A DNA stretch of 64,000 nt from a virus: the IMG/VR virus record IMGVR_UViG_3300018080_005419; one strand, given 5' to 3'. The notes under the pieces were generated by a model. The model saw only the letters and a list, made by a program, of their open reading frames with translations. It was not told where the DNA came from and did not search any database. A program made the translations under genes and the position numbers. Of this stretch, positions 28,980 through 38,255 are shown in pieces. Each line of letters opens with the position of its first letter. The stretch's first letter is position 1.

Positions 28980-29373
28980 CTGTCTCTATTGATCCTATCA
29001 TTGCTAATTTTATTTCTTTATCTGATGAGTAATTAATAGATTTGAGTTTTTCAATTACTTTTCTTTCTATTCTTTCTATAGTGTGAAATTCTACAATGTC
29101 TATACTGCGCGAACCAATATCAATAGTTGCTATTTCTTCTCCTATATACGCTTCTCCGTTAGACGCAATAAAATAATCAAGATCTAAAAGAAGTGATACC
29201 AATTGAGGGTTTACTTCTGGGTTGTTAATAATTTTATCTTCAAAACTATTTGTTATTTTCTCTAACAATAAATCTGTTGCACATCTTATTGGAACTTCTA
29301 GATTTTCCGGCACAGTACATAAATGTGAGAACTTGACTCCAATCACTAGTTTCGACATAACTTTTATACTCAT
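28948..29373 (-). CDS. Hypothetical protein
   Basis: ORF in minus-strand operon. Confidence 0.7.
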   Translation of the reverse strand: MSIKVMSKLVIGVKFSHLCTVPENLEVPIRCATDLLLEKITNSFEDKIINNPEVNPQLVSLLLDLDYFIASNGEAYIGEEIATIDIGSRSIDIVEFHTIERIERKVIEKLKSINYSSDKEIKLAMIGSIETDESIEEEEIE

Positions 29374-29921
29374 TCTTTATCCTTTCTTATTCTAGACATC
29401 ATTCTTTCTAATTTTTGTTGTCCTATTGCTTTTATTAGTTTATAAAAACTTCTTGCAATAGAGCTCGAAGAAAGAACTGATCCTGTCCAATCTGTTGTCT
29501 CCATAATTTTTCTGCCAGGATCAAATTCTTCCTTTTCGGTTTTATCTTCATCTTTTACTTCTTCCTTAGATTCCTTCTTTGGCGGTTTCTCTGCTATAAT
29601 TTTAACATATCGATAGTATACTTCAAGCTTTTCTAATCCAGCAATAGGTGCATCGGGCGAAGTTTTTCCTGTAATTGGTCTAATGCTTACCTGCATAAAC
29701 ACATTATCTCCAGGCTTTGCAAACCATTTTGGGAACTTCTTAACAGGATAGGTTTTCATAAAAGAAATCCTGCCAGAAGTCCAATTTTCATTAAAGCCCT
29801 GTCTTTCTTTTGCTATGCGCTTAAGGGCATTTGTTGTTTCTAGCCTGCTCAATCTCCTTTTTCTTGGTTCTACAGCATCAATATTCGCAAAATAGTCTTC
29901 AGTCTCTGCCATGATATACAA
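29370..29921 (-). CDS. Hypothetical protein
   Basis: ORF with AGGAG RBS. Confidence 0.7.
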   Translation of the reverse strand: MYIMAETEDYFANIDAVEPRKRRLSRLETTNALKRIAKERQGFNENWTSGRISFMKTYPVKKFPKWFAKPGDNVFMQVSIRPITGKTSPDAPIAGLEKLEVYYRYVKIIAEKPPKKESKEEVKDEDKTEKEEFDPGRKIMETTDWTGSVLSSSSIARSFYKLIKAIGQQKLERMMSRIRKDKE

Positions 29922-30085
29922 ATCTCCTGCTTAATTTTACCGCACAAAATTAGAAAAAGTATCATGTTTTTTGAAAATATTTTTGTAATTTCTTTTTTGA
30001 TATAGACTTAAGAAAAATACAGAAAGGAGAAAATATGTAGCAAAATCAGCTTCTCAATGAATATAATAAGACTCAAAGGAAAAAC

Positions 30086-30283
30086 ATGGGAAACAACTAT
30101 GTCCATTCTATAAAGGCTACTGAGGATGTGATTTGTCCTCATTGTGGGTATAAAAATTATCCTGGTATTGATGGATTTGATGCTTATGATGATGGTGGAG
30201 TTTGGAAAGCTTATTGTTTGAAATGTGAAAAACCATTCCATTTTGAAGAAGTTAGATGCTTTATGTCATATATTAGAGATTAG
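30086..30283 (+). CDS. Small Zn-ribbon protein
   Basis: CPHCG and CLKC motifs. Confidence 0.7.
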   Translation: MGNNYVHSIKATEDVICPHCGYKNYPGIDGFDAYDDGGVWKAYCLKCEKPFHFEEVRCFMSYIRD

Positions 30284-31319
30284 AAATATTATGAGTACAA
30301 GACGCAGATGTCATTTTATGGATCCGAATATAGTACATAAATATATAGAAACATGCAGAAAAAATAATGGGGGTTATATTCCTAGCCTTTTGCCTTTTGA
30401 GGGAGAAGTGGAATTACCTATTGAAAAAATAAGCATTAATCATGATATACTCAAGATCAGGAAAAAATTCGATAATAATGTTGTTCTGAAATATAAAGAA
30501 GCAATTTTAAAGCAGGATGATTTTCCTTCCATAGCTGTGGTAAGATTTGGACCGAAAAAGTTTTATATATTGGATGGGAGATATCGTCTAAAGGCATATA
30601 CTCTTATTACTGGCAAAATGAACGTAACTGCTAGAATATATAGAGCGCATAACATGGAAGAACTTCAATGGGCTCTTATGGGAATTAATTGGCAAAGCAG
30701 AAAAGAGGTTGAAATATTGGGTGATTTGTGGGATCCTTTAGCAGAGGAATATAATGGAGGAGATATTGCTACATTTTTACGTTCCAGATTAGATAAGGAA
30801 TGGTTAGCGAAATACAAAAGAGAACAGAAAAAAGTTTTGCCCAATGAATTTTACGATATGCACAAGATAGCTGTAAAATGTTATGGTCCTGTCTGTATTG
30901 AAAACAAAAGAAAAGTTTCAGACTTAATTAAAAGAATACGTGAAATTACTGGTATAAATATTAATGGCTCAGTTAGAGAAAATAATAAAATTAGAAATAA
31001 AAATGGGCGAAATCGAAAAAAAATAAGAAAACAAAATAAACATAGAAAAATAAGTTATCCAAAAAGCTTAAGAGAGGCATCGTCGGACATTTTAGATGAG
31101 TCAATAGAAAACATTTTACGTGATGATATAATTAGTTCTTCAAATCAAAGAGCTGAAATTCAAAAAATGTTTGACAAGGTGCGCTCCATCGTATATGAAG
31201 GTAATGAGTGTGATTGGTACGGTTCTAAGAAAGAGGTTCGCAATTGCTTGATTCAGAATTTAAGAGAAATATGTAATTTAATGTCGCTAAGCCTTCGGGA
31301 AAAGAGAGGAAAGAAATGA
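30225..31319 (+). CDS. ParB/Srx-like N-terminal domain protein (module copy 2, gene A)
   Basis: FPSIAVV..FYILDGRYRLKAY; paralogue of 15467; true start probably MSTRRRC. Confidence 0.7.
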   Translation: MKNHSILKKLDALCHILEIRNIMSTRRRCHFMDPNIVHKYIETCRKNNGGYIPSLLPFEGEVELPIEKISINHDILKIRKKFDNNVVLKYKEAILKQDDFPSIAVVRFGPKKFYILDGRYRLKAYTLITGKMNVTARIYRAHNMEELQWALMGINWQSRKEVEILGDLWDPLAEEYNGGDIATFLRSRLDKEWLAKYKREQKKVLPNEFYDMHKIAVKCYGPVCIENKRKVSDLIKRIREITGININGSVRENNKIRNKNGRNRKKIRKQNKHRKISYPKSLREASSDILDESIENILRDDIISSSNQRAEIQKMFDKVRSIVYEGNECDWYGSKKEVRNCLIQNLREICNLMSLSLREKRGKK

Positions 31320-32560
31320 CAACAACAAAGAAAAAGACAAAACAAAAGAATACAACAAAAGAACTTGGACGCAAAATCTCCAAAATTACTCAAAGTACAG
31401 AAAAGTTTGCAAAAGATGCCAAAAGAAAGATGAAAGAAGGAAAAGAACTTTTAACAAATAACACACACCTAAAGAAAATCGTTATTGGTCTTGATGATCT
31501 TTTTGGCAAGAACAATAGAATTTCAAATATAGAAAAATTTAATTATATTCCTCCCCAAGGGAAATATAATGAATTTGTTGCAAGGAATCCCATTGTTTTA
31601 GGCTATCATGGCATACTGAATGAAGCTTTTGCTGATTATTATTTAGGAGATGATGTTTCTGAATTAAAATGCGAAAGAGATGCAAGAGAAACACAAATTA
31701 GAATCAAAAAACACATTGGAAGTATGAAAGAAGGAAAATTTAATTCTCACGGTGTTATCTGTATGGCATATGTGCAAAGCAAAAGACGGATTTATAGACT
31801 TGATGGAAAGGGAAGGACTTTTGCTTATCGGCATTTTTTAGCTCAGGGAGGTGTCACCCAATTCCCAATTACTATTTTTATTTATTATGTTAAAACAGTA
31901 AAAGAACTATCAGATCTCTATAATGGATTTGATCAAAAGGCCCCGGTTAGATCTAAGAGTCACCAAGTAGAAATAGCAAATTCGAATAGTGGTATAGAAT
32001 TTCTTGAAAATCATGAATATCGCAGACTGTTGAGGAAATATCAAGATGCATTACTTTATATGGAAGAGAAATTCCTTAAAGGAGATAGAAGATATGATGA
32101 ATCTAACGCTGCACACATCAATATTGAATTTTCAGACCTTTTAGAAGAAGTTGACGAATCTTTGGTTCCTTATAATTCGTCAAAACACATTTACAATATT
32201 CCTGCTGTCCTTGCTGTTATGTTATATATTTTCTATATTTCCGATGAAGATACAAGAAAGGCAAAGCAGTTTTGGAAAATGCTCATTGACAGTTATTCTA
32301 CAGGATTGAATAAGAAGGATCCTATTTGTTATATGATGCTCAAACTTAATGAAAAATTAACATCATATGATGCTAATAAAAAATCCCCTATTCCTAAGAT
32401 CAATAAAAAAGAACCAGGAGCGAGTGTTTGTCACAGGGCTCTTTCATATATGGTCGCCAGAGCATGGAATGGATTTATTTTGAATGATCCGGTTAGAGTG
32501 TTTAAATATGAAAGAAATCAGGAAATTTTATTCCCAGTACATCCGTCAGAAGAGGAATAA
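31316..32560 (+). CDS. DGQHR/ParB-fold-like protein (module copy 2, gene B)
   Basis: IYRLDGKGRTFAY; paralogue of 16548. Confidence 0.6.
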   Translation: MTTTKKKTKQKNTTKELGRKISKITQSTEKFAKDAKRKMKEGKELLTNNTHLKKIVIGLDDLFGKNNRISNIEKFNYIPPQGKYNEFVARNPIVLGYHGILNEAFADYYLGDDVSELKCERDARETQIRIKKHIGSMKEGKFNSHGVICMAYVQSKRRIYRLDGKGRTFAYRHFLAQGGVTQFPITIFIYYVKTVKELSDLYNGFDQKAPVRSKSHQVEIANSNSGIEFLENHEYRRLLRKYQDALLYMEEKFLKGDRRYDESNAAHINIEFSDLLEEVDESLVPYNSSKHIYNIPAVLAVMLYIFYISDEDTRKAKQFWKMLIDSYSTGLNKKDPICYMMLKLNEKLTSYDANKKSPIPKINKKEPGASVCHRALSYMVARAWNGFILNDPVRVFKYERNQEILFPVHPSEEE

Positions 32561-32613
32561 AATATAGCATCAATATTGTTCTTAATGATGGATAGACTTG
32601 TTCATTTGGATGG

Positions 32614-32826
32614 TTGAGGAGACACATAAAAATGGATGTATTAAAATCTCATCTAAATTATTATTTGGAATTAGTCGATAAAGAAACATTAAAACAAACC
32701 ATCAAGAAAATGTTTGATGATGTTGAATGTATTTTTGAACATTATGGCGCAGACCATGATTTAGATATTGAAATTTTTAAAAGAACAATTATCGATGAAC
32801 TAAGAAAAAGTCCTATTCGGTTTTGA
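32614..32826 (+). CDS. Hypothetical protein
   Basis: ORF; probable start MDVLK after GAGGAG. Confidence 0.6.
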   Translation: MRRHIKMDVLKSHLNYYLELVDKETLKQTIKKMFDDVECIFEHYGADHDLDIEIFKRTIIDELRKSPIRF

Positions 32827-32836
32827 AGGAATAATA

Positions 32837-33046
32837 ATGCCAAGGAAACAATCTTATAACAATAAATTATGGCAACAAATTTTAACCAAAATGTCTGAAT
32901 ATTCTGTAGAAGAAATAGATATGATGTGCGGTGCCTATAGATATAAACAAAAAGAAAATGAAGCTAGGAAACAAAGAGCCAAAGAAGAACGACAAAGAAA
33001 AGAAGAAGAAAGAAGAGTGAAAAGAGAAAATAAAAACAAAATATAA
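32837..33046 (+). CDS. Small basic protein
   Basis: K/R/E-rich C-terminus. Confidence 0.65.
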   Translation: MPRKQSYNNKLWQQILTKMSEYSVEEIDMMCGAYRYKQKENEARKQRAKEERQRKEEERRVKRENKNKI

Positions 33047-33074
33047 ATAAATGTTTTCTTAATACAGAAAAGGC

Positions 33075-33106
33075 AAAAGCCCCTATTTTAGAATAGGGGC
33101 TTTTTT
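33075..33106. terminator. Bidirectional intrinsic terminator
   Basis: AAAAGCCCCTATT-TTAG-AATAGGGGCTTTT between convergent genes. Confidence 0.9.
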
Positions 33107-33128
33107 ATTGTTGGCACTCCATAATTGC

Positions 33129-33311
33129 CTATTTTTTATCTACTTTCTTTTTGCACTTAACACAGTATTTAGTCTGATCTAAGACCTTGGTTCCACAATC
33201 AGGACACGGAAAGGTCTTAGCAGCAACTTCGATTCTTTGTCCAGTAAGATCTGACAAATACTGAATTGCTTCTTCTTCGCTGGCAAAAATAAGTTCTTTT
33301 TCTTCTGACAT
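33129..33311 (-). CDS. Small tagged protein with Zn ribbon
   Basis: ELIFASEEEAIQYLSDLTGQRIEVAA followed by CPDC..CVKC. Confidence 0.8.
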   Translation of the reverse strand: MSEEKELIFASEEEAIQYLSDLTGQRIEVAAKTFPCPDCGTKVLDQTKYCVKCKKKVDKK

Positions 33312-33360
33312 TGCTTTAGCTCCCTTCTCAAAAATAAAAAAGACAAATACTAATAAAGGA

Positions 33361-33378
33361 CAAAATATAAAGAAAATT
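33361..33378 (-). promoter_or_regulatory. Putative late-promoter motif
   Basis: AATTTTCTTTATATTTTG on the coding strand, 50-67 nt upstream of 33311. Confidence 0.45.
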
Positions 33379-33444
33379 AAAAGTTCTCTAATTTAATTTT
33401 ATAATTTTGCATATTATGTAGCAATTCTTATAAAGGAGAAAACT

Positions 33445-33729
33445 ATGCGTGATTTGATAACGTTAATACTGAGTCTTGCAAAATTCTTCTATTATCTATT
33501 TTGGCCTTTGATTAAATTATTTGAATTAACCCTTCCTTTTTGGATTTTTGTTTGGAAAATAGCTAGATATCTTAATCCATTTTTGTGGTGGTGCGCTTTG
33601 GTTCATGGTGTTGAATGGAGAATTGTCGGATATATGATGCCTTATGGAATTGGTGGAGGATATGATAGAGAAGGATATTATTGTCAAGAATGCGATAAAT
33701 TATATTGCGGGAGAGATTCGGAGAAATAA
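33445..33729 (+). CDS. Membrane protein
   Basis: Hydrophobic N-terminus; AAGGAG RBS. Confidence 0.65.
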   Translation: MRDLITLILSLAKFFYYLFWPLIKLFELTLPFWIFVWKIARYLNPFLWWCALVHGVEWRIVGYMMPYGIGGGYDREGYYCQECDKLYCGRDSEK

Positions 33730-33730
33730 A

Positions 33731-33907
33731 ATGAGAATAGAATTTAAGAAGACTAACTGTGTTAAATGCGGCTCTGAAATATGGAAAATGTTTCCTTATA
33801 ATCAAGAAGAACTGAATAAAACTATTTGCAGTATTTGCGAAGAACCCAATAAAGAATTGCCACCTATTATCTTTAAAGGATATCGAAGCAATGTTAATGA
33901 AAAATAG
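33731..33907 (+). CDS. Small Zn-ribbon protein
   Basis: Start ATG 33731; CVKC and CSIC motifs. Confidence 0.65.
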   Translation: MRIEFKKTNCVKCGSEIWKMFPYNQEELNKTICSICEEPNKELPPIIFKGYRSNVNEK

Positions 33908-34071
33908 AGACATACAAAAAGAAGAGTGGATCAAAGATATGATTGTTAAACATATACAAAACAATCCAGGAATAGACCCTTTAGATATAGCAAACGATCT
34001 TGATATTCCTCTTATTCGGGCAGTCAATCTTTTGACATACTCCCACGACTTAAGATCGTGGGATTCTTGGC

Positions 34072-35226
34072 TTAAGCGATACTAGCTGTCCGAAAGGACA
34101 GTCTTACGGTATCTAGGCCAGCAGAAGATGCCCCTTCTGCATAAATATTAAAACTAGCGTTCCGATCTCTGTCTAATTCAGTTTTACAACTAGGGCATAT
34201 CCAACTTCTGTCTTTTAACGTTAATCCTTCATTCTTATACCCACATACATAGCATTGTTTAGTAGATGGAAAGAAGCGATTGATTTTATGCACTGTCTTA
34301 AGATATTCTTCGGCTTTAAAGCTCAAAATCTGCATAAACTGATAAAATCCTAAATCGCTTACTTTTCTTCCATATTGTTTTTGCAGCCATTTGATGTTTA
34401 AATCTTCGAAAAACATATAATCATAACTTCGAACTAAAGCTAAAGCTAGTTTAAAATGGAAATCTTTTCTTTTGTTAGTTATCTTTCTATGCATCCTAGC
34501 TAACTTCAATCTAGCTTTTTCTTTATTTCTACTTCCATCTTTCTTTTTAGACAAAGATCTGTTTAACTTCTTTATTCTTCTAATGTCCCTTTTAAAAAAC
34601 AAAGGGGATTTTATATCTTTGTAATCGCTAGATGTTAGAAAGGTTTTCAACCCAAAGTCAAATCCTGCGCTTTTACCCGTCATGAATTTGTCTTTTTCTG
34701 GGCTGTCTTCTAAGACTAACGATATACAAAGCCAAAGATCACCTAAACTATCTCTCTTTATCGTTACTGTTTTTACTTCTCCTTTCGTTTCTCTTGATTT
34801 AGAATACTTATAAATACTCTTCTTTATTTTGATTTTGTTTCCTTCCAGGAATTTATATCCTGCTTGTTTAAGCGTAAATGATTTGTATTTTTTAACCTTT
34901 TTAAACGAAGGAGGGCTACATTTTATTTTCTTTTTGTGCAGTTTAAAAAACAGCTTGTATGCTTTGTCTATACGTTCAGTTATATCTTGAACTGATTGAC
35001 TTGGAATAACCTTAAGATATTTAAATCTTTCTATATTGCTGTTTCTAAGTTTTTTAATATGCTTTTGCAGCTTGTTTTTATCAAGATATTTTCCGTAGAG
35101 TTTATAGTATTTTTTATGCAATGCTATGCAATGATTATACAAAATTCCTGTACAATCAATTGTCTGCATAAGAAAACAATTTCTCTTATGCTTATACAAT
35201 TTATATTTATACGTTCTTCTCTGCAT
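34072..35226 (-). CDS. tnpB: TnpB RNA-guided endonuclease
   Basis: HTH N-terminus, GFDFGLK, FFEDLNI, CYVCG/CPSC Zn finger, DRDRNASFNI; the three RuvC acidic residues are present. Confidence 0.96.
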   Translation of the reverse strand: MQRRTYKYKLYKHKRNCFLMQTIDCTGILYNHCIALHKKYYKLYGKYLDKNKLQKHIKKLRNSNIERFKYLKVIPSQSVQDITERIDKAYKLFFKLHKKKIKCSPPSFKKVKKYKSFTLKQAGYKFLEGNKIKIKKSIYKYSKSRETKGEVKTVTIKRDSLGDLWLCISLVLEDSPEKDKFMTGKSAGFDFGLKTFLTSSDYKDIKSPLFFKRDIRRIKKLNRSLSKKKDGSRNKEKARLKLARMHRKITNKRKDFHFKLALALVRSYDYMFFEDLNIKWLQKQYGRKVSDLGFYQFMQILSFKAEEYLKTVHKINRFFPSTKQCYVCGYKNEGLTLKDRSWICPSCKTELDRDRNASFNIYAEGASSAGLDTVRLSFRTASIA

Positions 35227-35229
35227 AAA

Positions 35230-35628
35230 TTATTTGTTTTTCTGATCGTCTATATACTTCTGAATTGTTTCTTCAGAAATATGTCCAACGGACTCACAAT
35301 AATAACTTCTTGTCCAAAGACAAGGAAGTCTGCTTTTTAAAGAATTAAACTCTTTTCTTAAATTTCTAGAAGAATATCCCTTTAATTGTTGAACTATAAA
35401 ATGAGGACTGTCAACAGGAGTAGCTTTTACAAAGAGATGAACATGTTCAGGCATAACTTCCATAGAAAGAATTTGAACACTTAGCTCTTTGGCTTTTTCT
35501 TTTAATAATTGTTTCAATCTTTTTTCAATATCATCAACAAAAACAGGTCTTCTATATTTAGAACACCAAATAAAATGATAGCCTATGTTGTAAACACAAG
35601 TTTTGCTAGTTGTCCATCTCTTTTCCAT
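35230..35628 (-). CDS. tnpA: IS200/IS605 Y1 (HUH) transposase TnpA
   Basis: YHFIWCSKYRR, PEHVHLF (HUH), LWTRSYY, IQKYIDDQ. Confidence 0.96.
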   Translation of the reverse strand: MEKRWTTSKTCVYNIGYHFIWCSKYRRPVFVDDIEKRLKQLLKEKAKELSVQILSMEVMPEHVHLFVKATPVDSPHFIVQQLKGYSSRNLRKEFNSLKSRLPCLWTRSYYCESVGHISEETIQKYIDDQKNK

Positions 35629-35786
35629 GTTGTTTATTTTATTCTATAAATAGTCATTTGTCAAATAAATATTTAATTAAATCTGTTCGCTCTCATCCCA
35701 CGACTAAAGTCGTGGGCTTTCCCGCTCAGTTGTCGTAAAAGATTTAATTCGCGAAGGAAAAATAGATTGGATAGAGGAGTAGAGCT

Positions 35787-36254
35787 ATGCCATATTTTTA
35801 TTTCCCAAGAGAAGAAAACTTAAGACCTCTAAGCAATATAGAAGTCATAACAATGCAAGCTTGTTTAGGCAAGTTAGACGATAAGAAATTACCTTGGTCA
35901 TACGAGATAGAAACTTATAAATTTAGATATTTTGAAGATAAGGGTATGACACTCGACAACGGAATTATGGGATATACGAGATTTTTCAGCAAAGATATTC
36001 TATTATCGCCAAATGTTGTTAAGGGACTGCTATGGACAGACAATCAAGGAATTCCAAATAATGAACAATCTATAAGCATAGTTGTCCATGAATTAACTCA
36101 TAGAAATCAAATGAAATGGTTAGGTGGGTTGCTGTGGCCGTTTTTAAATATGTTTGGAGTTGCTGATCTAACAATAGAAAAATGGGCACGAGAAAACGAA
36201 CAGTGTGCCCTTAATGATCTTGCTAAAATATATAGAGAAGAAAGAGAAGGTTAA
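35787..36254 (+). CDS. Putative HExxH metallopeptidase-like protein
   Basis: IVVHELTHRNQ ... IEKWARE. Confidence 0.6.
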   Translation: MPYFYFPREENLRPLSNIEVITMQACLGKLDDKKLPWSYEIETYKFRYFEDKGMTLDNGIMGYTRFFSKDILLSPNVVKGLLWTDNQGIPNNEQSISIVVHELTHRNQMKWLGGLLWPFLNMFGVADLTIEKWARENEQCALNDLAKIYREEREG

Positions 36255-36871
36255 GAAATAGGCAAATCAAGAGCTTTCCAGCCAGCTACCGGAATTCCTT
36301 CAACAGGGCTAATTCCCATCCCATATTTTAAAGTAACCACATTATATCCTAAAAGCCTTAAAAGAGTCATAGTTTGGCTTGCTGTATGTCCAACATAGCA
36401 AATTAATACAATGGTTTTATCTTTAGGTAATTTTTCTAGGTTTTCAGGCTTAAATAAATCTAACCAAAATATATTAATTGTTCCTTCAATATGTCCTTTT
36501 TGAAAATCATCTGGTTTTCGAATATCCAATAAGAAAAGATCATCGGTTTGGTCGTTATCTATTTTCTTTTTAAGATCTTCAGGAGTAATATAATTCCAAT
36601 TTTTGTCTACTTTGGATATGTATTGAGATATCTTATCTTCCATTTTATTAGTAGATTGAGCTTGATCTGTGGCTAGCTCATAAAAAACAGACTCAAGATC
36701 ATGCACATCATATCCATTTTCTTCTGCCCATTTATGAACTACTGGATCTTTTGGATTTGGATTATCTTGGAGAAATTTTTTAACCTCTTCTTTTGAAGGA
36801 GATTCCTTAGCAATTTTCAGTTTGCTAAGTTTTTCGGCAATTTTTGCAATTCTGTTTATATTTTTGTTCAT
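36251..36871 (-). CDS. Rhodanese-domain protein with N-terminal RIAKIA motif
   Basis: LLDIRKPDDFQKGHIEGTINI, active-loop CYVGHTA, LLGYNV. Confidence 0.85.
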   Translation of the reverse strand: MNKNINRIAKIAEKLSKLKIAKESPSKEEVKKFLQDNPNPKDPVVHKWAEENGYDVHDLESVFYELATDQAQSTNKMEDKISQYISKVDKNWNYITPEDLKKKIDNDQTDDLFLLDIRKPDDFQKGHIEGTINIFWLDLFKPENLEKLPKDKTIVLICYVGHTASQTMTLLRLLGYNVVTLKYGMGISPVEGIPVAGWKALDLPIS

Positions 36872-36887
36872 CTATGTTCTTAAAATA

Positions 36888-36920
36888 AGAGCCCCATATT
36901 TGATTAGAATACAGGGCTCT
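36888..36920 (-). terminator. Probable terminator of 36944..37189
   Basis: AGAGCCC/GGGCTCT stem with inner TATT/AATA pairing; T-rich tail on the minus strand. Confidence 0.5.
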
Positions 36921-36943
36921 GAGAAAATATCTAAAAATTCCTC

Positions 36944-37189
36944 TTATGCAGTACGAGAACCAAGCTGACCACTGGCATAAGCACCACCACCAAGACCCTG
37001 TGCTGCCTGTGTAGGAGTTTTGCCTCCGTAACGATGAGCAACTACCAGGAACTTTGCCGTGTCATCCTCTACCAACGGAGAAGCGCATTCCGAGTTAAAA
37101 GCTGCATTTCTTTGGATTCCATATTTTCTTTCCCTTGCATGAATAGGATCATTAGGGATTGCTGGGGTTACGCCTACAGGGACTGCCAT
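36944..37189 (-). CDS. Small Gly/Ala-rich hypothetical protein
   Basis: GGAGG RBS; upstream late-type motif at 37231-37245. Confidence 0.75.
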   Translation of the reverse strand: MAVPVGVTPAIPNDPIHARERKYGIQRNAAFNSECASPLVEDDTAKFLVVAHRYGGKTPTQAAQGLGGGAYASGQLGSRTA

Positions 37190-37230
37190 TGTGATATCCT
37201 CCTAAAAAACTAAACTAAAAACACTCTCTA

Positions 37231-37245
37231 CAATAAAGAAAATCT
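37231..37245 (-). promoter_or_regulatory. Putative late-promoter motif
   Basis: AGATTTTCTTTATTG on the coding strand. Confidence 0.4.
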
Positions 37246-37257
37246 ATTTAAAAATTA

Positions 37258-37725
37258 TCAATCCTTTTTTGGTCTGACAGCAATCGATATGTGAAATTCG
37301 TGATTGCCCTTCATCAGCGGAGTTAAACCGTATTTCTCCCGTAACTTCTCTAATTGTGGGCTTTTACATTGAATAAACCACACCTTTTCCATTTCGTCCC
37401 AACCTTCTGGATCACAAGACTCAACAGAAGAAATAGCATATTCAAATTCTTGCCCAACTTCTTCAATTGGACCTACTTTTTCTACTTCCTCATCCGTCAT
37501 TACTGAAATGTGAGGATCGTAGTCTGGTGGTTTTTCCATGTCTTCTTCGTAAATCGTTTCATATATATTATTTACAAAATCTTTAGGGACAGTTAAAATT
37601 GCATAACTTCCCTTTTTGTTTTGCACTTTTAATTTGCCCTTCATAGGAACTGCAGGATATTCAGTTACAGTATTTCCTGCAAGAACCATATTAGCTATTC
37701 GAATTATTCTTCTAAAATCGGACAT
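37258..37725 (-). CDS. 2H phosphoesterase (LigT/Acb1-like fold) with N-terminal RIIRIA motif
   Basis: Two HxS motifs: YDPHISV and EFHISIA; 155 aa. Confidence 0.78.
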   Translation of the reverse strand: MSDFRRIIRIANMVLAGNTVTEYPAVPMKGKLKVQNKKGSYAILTVPKDFVNNIYETIYEEDMEKPPDYDPHISVMTDEEVEKVGPIEEVGQEFEYAISSVESCDPEGWDEMEKVWFIQCKSPQLEKLREKYGLTPLMKGNHEFHISIAVRPKKD

Positions 37726-37727
37726 TT

Positions 37728-38144
37728 TTAGCCTTTAAGAAGTTCATTATATTTGGCTTCTGCTTGTGCCATACTATCAAAGTAATAAGCTTCTTTTGGT
37801 TTCCATTTATCATCTTTGAGAACATAAACTTCTGTCTCAAACATATCGTCTTCTCTTTCGATTACAACCTTTCTTGTTTCTGAAGTTTGAGTCTCTTTGA
37901 CGTATTTCTCTTCACCCTCGCTAGATTCTTCCTCTTCTTTGCTGGATTCTTCTTCCTTTGTCTCCTCTTCCTCTTTTTCTTCAGAAGTTTTAGAAAAAGG
38001 ACACTCATCTGTCTCAGAGTTTGGTCCTGTACCATCTGGAATACCTGGGCCCAACTTTGAACCAGCAATATAAACCTTTTGTTCTAACAAATCAGCTAAG
38101 TATTGTAGAGCTTCTTTTTCGGTGGCAAATCGTAGCTCATTCAT
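37728..38144 (-). CDS. Tagged acidic hypothetical protein
   Basis: Starts MNELRFATEKEALQYLADLLEQKVYIAG. Confidence 0.8.
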   Translation of the reverse strand: MNELRFATEKEALQYLADLLEQKVYIAGSKLGPGIPDGTGPNSETDECPFSKTSEEKEEEETKEEESSKEEEESSEGEEKYVKETQTSETRKVVIEREDDMFETEVYVLKDDKWKPKEAYYFDSMAQAEAKYNELLKG

Positions 38145-38195
38145 TTTTTCATCTCCTTAATACAATAACAAAAAATTAACACTCTATATAATAGC

Positions 38196-38214
38196 AAATA
38201 TATAGAGAAAATTT
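38196..38214 (-). promoter_or_regulatory. Putative late-promoter motif
   Basis: AAATTTTCTCTATATATTT on the coding strand. Confidence 0.4.
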
Positions 38215-38255
38215 CAAAATTTAAGATGTATTGTTGAAAATTATGAGGTAAGAAA

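Larger units (their letters stand above)
34032..35734 (-). mobile_element. IS200/IS605-family element (IS605 group, IS608-type ends), 1703 bp
   Basis: On the minus strand the left end follows target TTAC (35735-35738), with guide AAAG before hairpin CCCACGACTTTAGTCGTGGG; the right end has GAAT before its hairpin and terminal TCAA; carries tnpA and tnpB. Confidence 0.95.
33891..35782 (+). pseudogene. Small HTH-like gene split by IS605 element (33891-34031 joined to 35735-35782)
   Basis: Removing 34032-35734 restores ...PGIDPLDIANDLDIPLIRAVNL|VKDLIREGKIDWIEE* in frame. Confidence 0.85.

Noticed and set aside
34032-35340. C-terminus of track ORF 33891..34085 and plus-strand ORF 34996..35340
   Set aside because: They derive from the IS right end and from the antisense of tnpB/tnpA.
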